64,000 nucleotides of DNA, taken from Paramecium tetraurelia (taxonomy: Eukaryota). Location: the NCBI GenBank assembly GCA_000165425.1, contig CT868507.1, positions 1-64,000 of the forward strand. Direction: 5' to 3'. Position numbers and translations under genes: made by a program. The notes beneath the pieces are model-generated. The model searched no databases, was not told where the DNA came from, and saw only the letters and a program-made list of their open reading frames with translations. Below, in pieces: positions 14,101 to 31,111 of this stretch. Each line of letters begins with the position of its first letter. Positions within the stretch are counted from its first letter, which is position 1.

Positions 14101-17100
14101 TTGTAGATCCAAATCAATCAAAAGAATTAGAGTAAGGAAATGAAGATGTATGCTCTCTAAGAAAAGCAGTGGAAATAATTGATACGATTTATTTAATAGC
14201 AAAAGAGTTTGGAGATATGGATTAAAGATGAGAACGAGAAGAAGTTCTTAAAAGAGATTCAATAAGATAATTACAATTGTAAAACTATCATTCAATCATT
14301 GAATGATTAATTTGATAAGAAGAAACATGTATTCCCAAGATTCAATTTTCTCACAAATTCTAAATTTACCAAAATTGTCTCTGAAGTCAAACATCCTACT
14401 GCTATATAGCAATACCTTAGCCTATTTTTTCAAAATATCCATCAATTTGATTATGACGAAAATAAGGATTGTATCAAATCTTTGTATTCTAAGGAAAATG
14501 ATTAAATCGCTGTTAAGTATTGTCCAATCAAAGGAGAGATCGAGGAATGGCTCAAAACTATTGAGGAAGGCATGACCTAAGGATTGAGACAGCTTGTAAA
14601 GAATGCTCTAAAGCAGGCTGAAAACTATAAGCATATTGTGCAATATCCCATTTAGATTATTTATATCTGTATGACGATTACATATACGATGATGTTGGAT
14701 GATATACTTTAAAATGATGATAAGGATTGGGATGAGTTTTTGGAATTTAAGCAATATGAAATCCAAGAGCAAATCAAACAATTGCATACAGTGAAATAGT
14801 CAGTTAAACAACAATTAAGGTAGATTGCAATCATTACGATATTGAATAATCAACAACATCTAATATAGGAGATTAATTTATTTAAAATCAATAGTGATAA
14901 AGATTACTTCTACGTAAAATAACTTAAATATTATTATGATGATGAAAATATAAATGTTAATTTTTTGAATAATAAAATCCATTATTAATTTGAGTTTTTT
15001 GGTGATCAATTTAATTATCATTCATGGAAATAATCTGAATAATCAATTTTGCTTATGAATCAGGCATTCGAAATTAATAGATTACCTCATTTAATTGGCG
15101 ACAATAGCAAGTATTATATTATTACTCAATTTTCACAAATGTTGGGTCGCTATTATATGCAAATGTAAATTGCAAGTCCAGATTATGATTTCTAGTATTT
15201 ATTGTAATGCATATTCGGATCTATACAATCGAATTCATTTTTCTTTATCTCAGGATACTAATATATATAATAACATGATAGATTAATCTTGTAAACAATA
15301 TTCAATCATATCTCCAGTGCCTTAAGGTAATCACTATCAATTTAGGATTTGGATGGGAGACAATTGAAATTATAGAATAAGTATTTTCTAGCTCTAGTAT
15401 CAGATGTTCATTTTCCCATCTTATCGTTTAAGAGTATACATGTCTATTAACCAGATACTATGATCTTATGGCAAGCACTTATTCAAATGGTATACAATAA
15501 AGAAATAGGTGAGATATTGTTGAAATTAATGTAAACGTTAACTAATGTCTTTGGAACTGAATTGTTTAACTTTTCTAGGTTCAATACATTCAATCAAGTA
15601 GCTAAAAAATTGAAACCCATTAAATTTAATGATCTACTGGAAGTATTGTAATATCAGATGAATGAAGAGGATAGGCTCTTATTCAATTAAATAGTGAATG
15701 AATACTTTCCAAATAGGGATGAGAAATCGATATCACATGGAACAATTGAATTCATTAATAAATGAAAACAATCTTATTTTAGTCTATGGTAATCCGAACA
15801 ATGGAAAGACCAAATTGATTTAGGAGTTATTTCAATTTAAACTTTAATCGGTAAATATTAACTAAACACAAAATCCCCTTCTATAATCGGTTAAGTAAAA
15901 CAATATTCTCTATCTTGAACTTGATGCTTATGACGATGAGGATTTGTTTATGATTTTGTAGAATTGTTAAGGGTTAAGTTTTTATCATTTCATTATCAAT
16001 TATAAACAGAAGCAGATTTATTTTCAATAGGAGAACTTTATATTTTTCAATAGCTTAATTTATTCAAATAGATCTGCAATCTTTGAAAGTAATGATCTAT
16101 CAACGTAGGATCCTGGATTTTTGGCGAAATTTACTCTATTTTATTATAATAACAGTATTTCCAATCAGCAATTTCTCGTTTATGAATTGAAGTACATGAA
16201 GAATTTAGAGTTACAAACTTAATTGGCTCGTAATTTGATTAATTAAATAGAGTAATATTAGCAATAATTATCAAACTTTCCGTATTCATTTTAATATTTA
16301 TTGCGATGTTCTGCAAAGATACTGAGTATTTACTACAACGAATAGTAGTATAGTAAGTTCACTTAGTTGGATGTAGATAATATTAGCACATATGCAATAT
16401 ATATACTATTCTGTTTAATTTTGGATCAAGAAAATAGATCTCGTGTCATAGACCAGATTTTAATGGTTATTTAAGAAAGAAAGTTGGATTAGCTTTTCAA
16501 TCAGAAGTCTTCCTATACCAACACAATTTTGCAATTCTATTTTAATCAGCAAGAATTATATGCTATCCAAGAATTGCAGAGTCATCTACTATTTTATGGT
16601 GACATATCTTGTAATAAGAGTATTTTTGCTAGGTTGAAGTCATAAAGTAGCTTGTACTTTAGTCATCAAACCAAATCAATTCAATTTTAGGAGTTCATTG
16701 ATAAGAAGTTGATGACTTATAGAAAAGATAAATAATTGTGCTTATCTCCTCCCTTTGGTTAAATCAAACACTTTATAATAGAGGATATCAATCTATCAAA
16801 TTAATGCCGCATATATATTAAGTAATTGAATGAATGCAATTACATGTTTGATAAGAAGAATAATTGTTAACTGAAATACGTTAGTAACATTTATTTGTTG
16901 GGAACTTCATAGGAAAAGGCCATTTAAAAATATAACCAATTCAAGCATTTCATCTTCATCAACACTAATAGATGTCCATTAATTTAAAGTATCTACACAG
17001 AAATAATAATGAGTAGGGCCAAATATTAACTAAAGTAGTATTTAGAGTTAGGTTATATAAATGATGGTATTTTGAAATTGTAACACAGATTCAAATAAAA

Positions 17101-20100
17101 GTGGAATAAACAATGGTGTTATTCATATTTATTTGACAACAACACCATTTGGAATAGGATTTTAAATCCTTTGGTTGTTTTAACTGATCCTCAGTAGTTC
17201 GTGAATGAATTCTATTAGAATATCATGAGAGTTGTAGGTGGGATGATGGATATTGTCGATTTGCATAATTTGGATATGTTTGTGAAGGAAATCAATTTTG
17301 GTGATTATAAGATTGAGGTTCCAGTTTCAGAGACAGAGTAGACTTATGATGAAATCAAAAAGAGGAATATTCAAAACCTATTTTTGCATGAAAGTCATCT
17401 ATAGAAGATTGTATGGATAATGAGAGGTTGGCAATACGATCAACACGTTGTAATTCAAGGTAGAATTGGTAGTGGCAGGAATTCCTTCATTAGATTAGCT
17501 TAATTTATCATGTAATATCAACAGAAATACGATGATCTGGGACTAGAAAATCTCCTATTGAATTGGGATTAGCTGAGCCATATCATTTACATCACTAATA
17601 TAAAGGAAGATGTGTATCAATTCATCAGTTATCCGATTTAATATTGTAACAACCTATATGTATTGAGAAATGAATCCATATAATAGTTGCACATTTGTAT
17701 ATTGATTGAGAATTTGATGGAATTAGATTAGTATAGGAGAGTACTCTATAAATGTTAGATTATCAGTTTGTTTGATTGGCCCAAGACCTTTCAATAAGAG
17801 GTGGCATCTTAAATTCTGAATGATGGATCCATTGATACTAAACTATTTTGTTATGTCTACGAATAATCATAAGGATACATTCAACAATTCCTTGATCAAC
17901 TCTATTTATTTCAAAAATAGTATCAGCAATCTAAATCTGAAAATTAGAGATTAATTATCATCTATTAGAAAATTCTTAATAAAATTCAAGAGGCTAACAC
18001 TGAATTCACGACTATTGCAGCATAGTACAATGCATTAAATCAGGAACATTAGATGGTCACTAATTAAATTAAAATTATAACGAATGAGATATCTTAGGAT
18101 AAGTTGGAATTGGGAAATATCAATCAATAAATTCATAAATTGAATGAGGATATCAATAAAGGAGAGCAGAGAATTCATAAACAATAATTACAATTAAACT
18201 AACAAAACCAATAATATAACAAATAGAGATTGTAGTTCTTCCACATAATTTAAGAGTTCCCTTTCTTGTAACCATTATTGATGGAATTGGTACACTTGGT
18301 TGATTTGCCTTAATTGGAACAAGATTAGATTGAATAAATTATAATGAAATATCCTTAATCTTTTTAATAAGTCTAAACTATTTATTAGATAGCAACCAAC
18401 ATTTGTAAGTATCAGCAAATCTTGATTTAATTAAAAAACAACCTCCATAATGATAAGGTAACAGTTGAGGAGATGAGAAATAAACAAGAACTGCGAATTG
18501 GGATGATACAATAATAGGAACAATAAATCATTGTCTATCAATAGAGATTACACATTTTGACAGAGGAATTAGAGAAAATCTCCAAGATTTATGAGGCGAC
18601 AAGAAATTGTCTACAGTACTTGAATTCTTATTAGGTTCAATGGCAATAGAATATTTTAAATTTATAATAGCAATAACTCCAATTAATGGAAATCAATTTT
18701 GTACAAAGTGTTAGTTAAAGTTATAATTAACAAATAAGGTAGTAACTCATAGATAATTTAAACTTTCAATATAAATTGGATTATGAAAATATGTAATTGC
18801 TTTTGAATTTGAAATTTTAGAATCAAAAAAACATTCTATTGATCATCGATCCTGAAAACCTCTCTCAAGATTATCTTCAATAATATTATCCAACAGCATA
18901 AGTGAGTACATTCAGTAGAAATAATATTAATGAAATCAAAAGAAATTTAAGAACTAATTAATGCTATATCATAAAGGATGTAATTATTGATGAGATATTA
19001 AAATGTTAACAATGGAGATCATACATTTTATAATATCAATAACAATAGGAGAATAAAATATATTTGATTACTCATTAAATAAAAAAAGAGACTCGAGCTT
19101 AATCATTACTCAGAACCATTTAGTTTAAGAAATAAGATAGGGAAATTGAGTCCTTTGTTCTACTGAATATACTTCAAATGGATAACCCTGACACATTTGA
19201 TAAACTAATATCGTAATATGATGAAGAGAATTTAACTCTGATAAATTTGGGATCCCTCTTCAATGATGATCGTCCCATAATGGACTCCCACTATGAATAG
19301 CAATTGAGTCTATTGATATCCTCTTAAGTTAATAGTCTAATTAACTTAGATATTATTGCATAGATCCAGAAATTTATTGATCAATAGGAGCAACAGAAAT
19401 AACATAATAGGTAATTCAACTTCTAAATATATCAACCCTTGATGGTGAGATTCTTATTAATTTATAAAAGTTTACAGTAGGCTTATGTGTTTGATCGTCG
19501 TTATTACATCACAATGCAGCAACTGATGAACAGGTTAATTTAAGTGATGGATTAAATCAAAGTGGATAATAATGAACGATATTGGCTAGTGAGTAATCAA
19601 TTCACATCTCAAACAATACAATTAATAGAAAATCAATTCAGAATAGAACATCATTTAATCATGAAGTTCATCTTATTTACTTAAATAGATATAGGAGATA
19701 ATGTTATCTCGGAAGAATAGTACTTGTATGTTATAGGTTAGAAATTAAAGAAGGATTTAAGTAAATACCCAAAAATCTTAACTGTTTCATTTATCAAACA
19801 AGAGTAGTTGGATGAAATCAGACATGTAATGAGTTTGTCACCATCATTTAATGATTTGCAAAACTATATCTAAAGGTGTCCTAAAGACTGGTACAAATGG
19901 ATGGATGACACAATTACTATGCCAAGTGAATACGAAGAGTAGTTATAAATATTCGAGAAACTTATCTTAATCAAAGCATTCAAACCAAAACTCCTTAGAA
20001 GATTCATCAATGAATACGTAAAGGATAGAGAGGCAAGACACTCCACATAAATTACAATGAACTTCAATCATTAGACTAGTGAAAAACAGATCATTTATGT

Positions 20101-21682
20101 ATAACAACAATTAAATAAATTCTTTGAAGACATCAACATACCCATTTACAAAGGATAGCAAGAATTAAATTAGCAGTATTTATTTATTAATCTCTACGAA
20201 TATCCTTTGGAATTGCAAGAACAAATCATACAGAGTAAATACCCTCACTGTATTATTGAAAATTACGATGAAGACAGTTTACTTGATAAGACTTTGCTGA
20301 ATTCTTAGAGGTCATTTCTACAATATAATGAATAAATACGCTAGAATATCAAATAATACGTTCCTAAATCTGATGGCAAAACAAGTGAAATGAAAAAGTT
20401 CACTTACAGTCTCTGTTTCATGCACTTTTTCATAATTCAGAGGAATCTTCTATTGAATCTACAAACTGCTACCTATACTTTGTAAGATTTAAATTTGATC
20501 TTGAAATATAATTTGCCATACTACTTTAATACCAACATTAATAGCATGTTTAGAGTTATTACTGATGGGGTATATAATGTTCCTCCTGAAGATCTATTGA
20601 CTATTGAGAGCATAATTACCAAACATTGCAACTAATAAGTGAATAATGAAAATTATTAATACTTACATTTTCAAACTCTTACAGTTGGCAATGATGCATG
20701 GTTAGATGAGATGGTTAAGCGTATTCCAGATACTAATGATCCTTATAGTATTGGATATGGATATAACAATTTTACAATTTATAATTACTAAAATTAATAG
20801 ATAATTTAGTAGTTTTCATTATTAAACAATAGTTCGGAGAATACTGCAAATAATCAAATAACCCCAGAGATTAAATTAACTGAACCTCTCGGTTTGATAA
20901 AGATGGAGTAAAAATTAACTAGAAAGTATTCATTTCAAAAGAACGATTCCAAACCTTTCTCTTAATATTATAGAAAAACAGCGCTCAATATCACAAACAA
21001 AAATAAACAAAATATCTAGTATACTGATGCAGTTGATCAGTACATTAATATTCAGATCTCAAAGTATAACGTATTGATACAAGTATTGACTGAATATCTC
21101 AATAAAAATTAAGAAAACTTAGCAATGTACTGTCCAGAAGAACTTTATTAATATTTGTGGTTCAAACCAAAAACTAAATTGATCATTCACGATTTAGTAA
21201 AAATGGTGAATTACAATATGAATCAATTAAAACTATTAAGAGATTAACAAAATCGAAGATATTTTGATTTGAGTTACCTTTTTATACCATAAGCATTAAT
21301 GGAATACTTCAAATTGCAATTTAGTCGTAAGAATGGTCTAAATCCTTAGAATCTTAATGTTTATACTGATATCTCAAAATGTACAGAAATGAGTCACATA
21401 TTTCAATTGCAATTGAATGATGGGTCTTATTTACTAGGGGGATTAGAATGCCAGAATTGTCAATGGAGTTTAGAAAAGAATAAATTAATAGAATGTGGCA
21501 ATTCACTCTCGACCTTTATTCCATTCATCCTCATTTCAACTTTGGAAGGTGAGCAACCCAAAAAATTAGAAGTTCCAGTTATGGACAATAATCTAACATT
21601 AATGACTATCGACTTGTAATCTGATCTAGATGAGGATACAATTAATATAAGATAAGCCAGAATAATAATAAAAGGCAGATGA
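11169..21682 (+). CDS. Highly divergent axonemal dynein heavy chain (DNAH6-like tail), probably ATPase-dead; one apparent frameshift at ~15712-15765
   Basis: Tail EFCYL..NPYEWKVV..YMTISGGG..FFRNYLKQKTFARWK; linker FPRFNFL, GEIEEWL; AAA2 LVYGNPNNGKT; AAA4 GRIGSGRNSFIRLA; coiled-coil stalk; FEKLILIKAFKP; dynein-type C-terminus; intron 12078-12102. Confidence 0.9.
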
Positions 21683-21769
21683 TTTTATATCCAAGAAATG
21701 ATTTTATACACATATAAATAAATGAATTTTCAATTTGATTACATAGATTTACTTGTTGATCTTAAGTGA

Positions 21770-22219
21770 GGAAATGAGTTATACTTTCTTAAATATTGAT
21801 TTCTTTTTATTGAGTCCTTCATCTACTTTGAATATAGCTGAAAATTATTAATATAGATGTGTGTTGGTTACCTACAAGTTGTCTGATAAAAATGCATAGA
21901 TTAGATAATACTTTCTTCTGTAATTATGTTTCTTTAATTCTAAAAATTTTATCTTCTTTCTAAAAGTCTTGTAAGAAAACACATTCAACATAAGAATTTT
22001 TATCAATGATCCTTATTCTAGGAGGTCAAATGTCATAGGCAACAACTTGGCATTTCAAATGAACAAATATTAAAATGAGTATTTCTACAATTTTTTTCTC
22101 TTTAAGAGCAAAGCATTAATAGATCTTGTTATGGGTATGGATGAAGTGTGGTATTATTGAGAATGCGTGCTGAGAATGTTTATTTAGAGCAAAGCTATGA
22201 GTAGTAGCAGATATTCATT
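21770..22219 (-). CDS. Small hypothetical protein
   Basis: ATG at 22219 with an open code-6 reading; exon structure and end are uncertain and no motif is recognised. Confidence 0.35.
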
Positions 22220-22231
22220 TTAATTATTTTA

Positions 22232-25315
<3,084 letters not shown>

Positions 25316-25362
25316 ATTGAAATTTATATATATGAAATATTAGCTTTAATACTTTAATTAAT

Positions 25363-27191
25363 TCATGATTTAAAATATTCTGTTTCAATAATCCTAATTT
25401 GTTCATTCAAAATATTGCTATCAAAGGAAAAGAATTGTTCTTCCAAGTAATAAGGATTGTCAAAATTAGGGATATTTAAAGTTCTTTTTACCTATCTAAA
25501 TAGTATTTCCCTCTTAAGAGACAAGAAAAGGGATGAAATTCCCATGCAAATAATGATTTTCAATGCAAGTAAGGTTTGTTCCGCATCATTATTGGAACTC
25601 CTTTATTTTGAACGATAAAGGTTTTTCAAAGTCATTCTATATGGTATTTTAAAGTCATTCGATGTTTCGTTTACAATTGACTAATTAATAATTGTTTTTC
25701 AATTTACTTCTGTAATCGATGGTTTAATTTAATTAAAGAAATGCTCATCTTCTCTACTAAGTTGGTTAAATTAACACTTCTTAAAATAGGAATTTATAAT
25801 GGCGCTGTCTCCATCAAGTTACATTCCTAGATCCTTTATAAACTTTTTTGCTTATCCACTGGTTATAAAATTCTACCATTTCTCTTATTCAAAATCCAAG
25901 ATCTTAGTACTCCATTAATCAATAAATTCTTTTCTCATGAGTATGGACATTTTTAGTAAACAATAAACTGACCAAGTTTCAGCAGGATTTCCATCTTATT
26001 ATTCTTCCAATTGCTCTTTTAAAGAATTCATCAAATACCATTTGTATGATTCAAAATGTAATTCAACCCAAATATCTTTATATTAATTAAATTCCTAAAA
26101 ATATCTTATAATTTACTGTTTGATTTCTGCATTTATAAGGTAAAATGACTAAATCAGGATAATCATTTAGAGGACTGGGGTTGGAAGGGTTAGGGTATGG
26201 ATCTACTGATCGAATAGGTAGTATAGGTTAAGAGTAATAAGCCGTAATGCCTATTCTTGGATAAGGGTTCTCTTATTTTTGAAGAGGAGGGTTGCAAAGT
26301 TGAATTCTAGTTCGAAAAGGATTCAATACTTTTGGCAATTCCATTTATTTAGTAAATTCTTTAGGCTAGAATATTGAAAAAGATTGTATATACCACAGCC
26401 CATTCTATAAAATTATCGTCAATTTATTCTCTAATTTTTATCAATTAAGAGTAATTCTAAGATAAAAAAATAGTTTTGTAAAATTCTCTGACTTCCTCTT
26501 AATTGTTATTCGAAATTTCATGATGCATTGAAAAGAATGTACACCTCTAAGCTTCGATTGGATTAAGCATGTTAATTAAACGATTCTTCCAATCATTTTC
26601 AATTTGTAATGATTAAATCTAATTATAAAATGACCGATATTCTTTAATTGTCATAAAGTTATTCAAAACTTCACCAGTAAACAACTAATAAATAATACAA
26701 CCAATCAACCAAACATCAATACTCTAACCATAGTCTCTATTCTGACTTTATTCTCTCTTTTCTAAGGATTCGGGAGGAATTAGCTATAAATTAGGATAAA
26801 ATCCAAAGGCAGCCATTTAAATTGAATTATTTTGATAATAAATATTACCAATGTGAAAGCATCTTCCTAGACTGAATTTTAAATGAATTTGATATAAGGC
26901 CTGTAATAATTATTCGTAAATCTATGAGATTTGATTAGTTGATAATTTCCCATTCTATTAGATAAATTGCAACAAAGTCACACCTTCTGGAATCAGGAAT
27001 GAATATTATTTCCTGCCTATCACTTGATTTTAGCTTCTTAAGTATTAGCCAGTGATTTGACTCTCATATTCCAAAAATGCATCTAAATCATCACAGAGAG
27101 CTTCCACTAAAACTTGTTTTGAAGATCTTTAAGCCACCTTCTCTTCTAAAATGGCTTTGTTTCTATATAAACACTCAACATCTTTCATCAT
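25363..27191 (-). CDS. Protein-kinase-fold protein lacking catalytic motifs (pseudokinase) with helical C-terminal domain
   Basis: QLLQALYQIHLKFSLGRCFHIGNI, AAFGF, IPPE, SIDVWLIGCIIYQLFTG; one continuous frame with two short introns to TGA at 25363. Confidence 0.85.
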
Positions 27192-27361
27192 GTGTACCAA
27201 TAAGTGAAAAATAAAATAATGAATTCATATTAAAAATAAGGGTTATTCTATTTACATCATAAATGTAAATACATTAAATAATTATAAATATATTATTTTT
27301 TTTTTTACTATTTAAATAAGATGTTCAATCTATTTTTTATTTATAAGATTTATTTTTTCGA

Positions 27362-29199
27362 ATGCTTCATCATTCTAAGAATTTTTTCAATAGAATTGCC
27401 GATTCAACTATCGAGACATTCGATATTTTTGGACAAATACCGAACTTTAGAGTCCTTGAGAAAAATAAGTATACTTCTGTAGTCGGATGTTGTATGACCC
27501 TTATAATTGGAACAGCCACATTAGTTTACTTAATAACTGAAATCAGAACTCTTTTACAGAGGTCAGAACCAAAAGTTGTTTCCTCTGAGCTTCAGATATT
27601 TGACTCAACAGTAAGTATCAATCCTAATAAAAGTCATTCCCTCTTTATAATGATAATTTCACTCTTGCGGTTACTATTGCCACTAAAAACTCGGAGCCTA
27701 TTTTGGGATAGATGAAATATTACAACTTGACAATGAGTCATTGCATAAGGGAGAGAGTGCTAAATTAAACAACTGGCAAGGTCTAAGTGTCCTTAAAGTA
27801 AGTTTAAAGGTTATTTAGCTGCTCTCCATTACCTATTGCCCCTTGTGTCACAGAAGATTTCGATAATGATTTATAGAAAGAATTTTTCAAAAGTACCAGA
27901 TTAGGCGTTGTTCAATGTATCAACAGAACCAGACTTAAAAGTAATCCTCCGGTATAATTTTAACATTACTCCAAGGTGTTGCAAGGTCAAATTTCAGGTT
28001 ACAAGTACCAATACTTAGTTATCGAATTGAGTATCTGCAAAAATAGTACAGATTATTAAGGATGTGCCCCAATAGAGGAAATCAAAAAAGTGTTGTCTGC
28101 AGGCCATTATTCTGTTTATGCTAGTGATTATTTGATGCAATTAAATCATCCTGATACTCCATACTCGCAATTTATTAATTTAGACATAAATAGTTTCTCC
28201 ATTTCAACATCTAAAATGTTATAATGGACGTATAGAATATCTGAAACTCACACCGATAATGGGTTATTATTTACCACAGATAAAGTAGATTTAAATTTAA
28301 TAAAATAAGACAGAAGAGAGTATACTGAATTATATAATGATGATTATCTTGTTTACCATTATATATAATTAGATTACAAGCAAACAATCTAACAAAGATC
28401 TTACATCAAGATTCAGACAATATTAAGTAAAATTGGAGGAATTTGGCAATTGTTCATGATAATCTCCTCTTTAATTTTAAATCAATTAATTAACAATCTG
28501 ATGACAATTTCAATAGCAAATGAATTATATCGATTTCCAAAAACTGAAAAGCAAAGACATTAAAACATAGAGATTATTAATTTATAATAAAGCGATTAGG
28601 TTATTGATGTTTAAGAATAGAATAAAAAAAACAGAGAAAATAATACTGAAGAAAGACTTTCATCTGGGATTTATGAGTCTCTTCTAATCCTCTTAGGTAT
28701 TCATAAAAAGAAAAAATAAATCTTCACAGATGTTAAATAAGATATACTGTCATAAATGGATGTGGTGAAAATCATTCAAAAACTGCAAGAAATTGATCTT
28801 CTGAAATTCATTTTATTGAATGATGAATAGTTTAAACTGTTTGACCTTCTCCCTAAACCTATTTTTTAGGATGAAAAGCTTCAAATGGAAGATTTGAGTA
28901 ATGAATTTTGCTCTGAGGCTGGATATCAAAAGACCTTTAGAGCCATTAATCATAACAAAAAATTGCAATCTAAGAATCTTAAGGATTATTATTGTTCTTT
29001 CTCTTCATTACAGCAAGACAAAAGACGAAGTAGTGTTGATGACAAATTACTGTCTATGATCGATAGAAATATTGTCTAATTTTTTGAATAAATTTAATTG
29101 TCCTAATAGCGGCAAGGAAATTTAAGTCCATTAGATCCGTTGTTTAGGTCAAGAATAGATGAATCTATCATTGAACCGAAAATTTAAAGACCAAAATGA
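27362..29199 (+). CDS. Ciliate-expanded two-TM protein with large Cys-containing ectodomain
   Basis: FDIFG..YTSVVGCCMTLII (TM1), RSYIKIQTILSKIGGIWQLF (TM2), cytosolic MDVVKIIQKLQEID..LPKP; three short introns. Confidence 0.85.
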
Positions 29200-29774
29200 A
29201 GTTTTCTTTATATTTTAAATTAAACATATTCTTTAAGTTATATCCAAATGCTTTCAGCTATTTGACATTTTTAACAAGAGGTATTTAGAACAATTAACCA
29301 AAATAAATATTTTATGCTTTTTTTTTAATATTGAAATTTTTTGATTAAACCTTAAATATTTGTAATTAAAATTAGAATTTAACTCGCTTGTATAATTTTA
29401 TTTATAAATTTTGTTATTTAACATAAATTATAATCAATGTGTTTAACCAAATATGCCCTTAAACTAAAAATCTTAAAAAATGATTTTAATAAACTAAAAC
29501 AGATACTAATTAAGAAATCATTCTAATTCAAATTTATAATATACCTCTTGCATTAGTAAGTCATATAACATATTTATTTATTAAAATCTCACTAATCATT
29601 TAAGCTTTTTATAAATCTTCCCCTTATGGTTTAATTAAATAAGACCTTACAATTAAACCAATCTATAGGATCTGAAATTTAACTATACCATTCAAGGATT
29701 CGAATATATTGTAAGCAATTTTAATAATAAAAATTTATTAATTAGACATCTCAAATCTTAAAAAATTATAACTA

Positions 29775-30982
29775 TCATTTTCCCTTCTTAACTTTATAAT
29801 AATTTGGACAATTTTTCTTAACATATTCTTCTTCGTTGAACTCTCTACAAGATGATTCAATTTCTAGATATTACTCTTGTAGATTTTTCACATTTTGAGT
29901 CATTTAATTGTATTTTTCTTCCAATTGAATTATTTCACTCTAAGAATTAGAATAAAACTATAAAGTTTACATGCAAACTATTAATATTTAATTGATGCTC
30001 TTCTCTTATTTGTTCTAAATGTCTTAATTTAATCTAATTGGAGCATATGGATTCATCGTAGAGTTCCAAGAATTCTTTCTTACTTTTTTATTTGCCCTTC
30101 ACATTGCCCTTCTTCATATGCTATGGCAATGCACTAATTAACTAATTCAATTTTTCTCTGATTTAAATATTTTCTTAGGCGAGTACGGTGTTTTCATCCT
30201 TTAATTTTTAGTAAATGTGTTCACTCTTCTGTGATTTCTGTATTTTACCCGAGATGATATTCATATTATTTTATAACACTTGTATTCTTTATGCCTTGCA
30301 TACAATGGATAGTTTACTCTTTTTTATAGTTCTTCCCACTGTTTCTATATTATCTTTTCTAATTCATTTTGTCTCTTGTCTCCCATGGCATTGGCTTGGA
30401 GTTGATTTCTAACTTCAGCCTGAACTGCTTTAACTTTTTCGCTATCTTATAAATACTTTTCATTTTGCTTAATATTACAAAAGGCATTATACTTCCTATA
30501 ATTGTTTCTCTACTTGAAGTTTAATTTATTCAGCTCTTTGTATTTTATTTTGATAATCATCTATTTTTTGAGTTGTTTCTTCAATTCTTTACTGTAAATC
30601 CCCTTCCGATTCCTTTGACTATTCGATACTACTTTTCATTTCTATGATTTCATTTTGGATACCTTCAAGATGCATGTACTAAATTTAAATTACATAATTT
30701 TACTAATTGACTTTTCAAATTATTTTCTTCTTTCATTTGCATATCAGATTCCTTTTTCTCCTCTATTTTCTATTTCCACTTTTCCTCAATATCTTGGAAT
30801 GCAGTTTCATCATCAGAAGACTCTCCCGAATTCATTTCCAATTAATCTTATTCCTCCTAAATTAATTGCCTCAAATGCTCATTCTCATCTTAGACTGTCT
30901 CTCTCTTTTCCTACAGACTTGAAATGTTCTTAAATAATTCACTAAACTTCAGTGTCAAACTCTCTAACAGAACCTCGTCCAT
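29775..30982 (-). CDS. Coiled-coil hypothetical protein
   Basis: MDEVLLESLTLKFSELFKN.. E/K/Q-rich heptads with short introns. Confidence 0.7.
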
Positions 30983-31111
30983 TATTTAATTACTATATTA
31001 ATTGAATTCTCTATAATTAATATAAATGTAAAGTGTATTAACTGAATAATTATTGAATAATAAAAATTAGGTATTAAATGTCTACAAAAATAAATAAAAA
31101 GATATTATTCT

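Noticed and set aside
25363..26403. Separate gene starting MGC (acylation motif) at 26403 on the minus strand
   Set aside because: The upstream pseudokinase frame runs through this point without a stop, so it is one gene.
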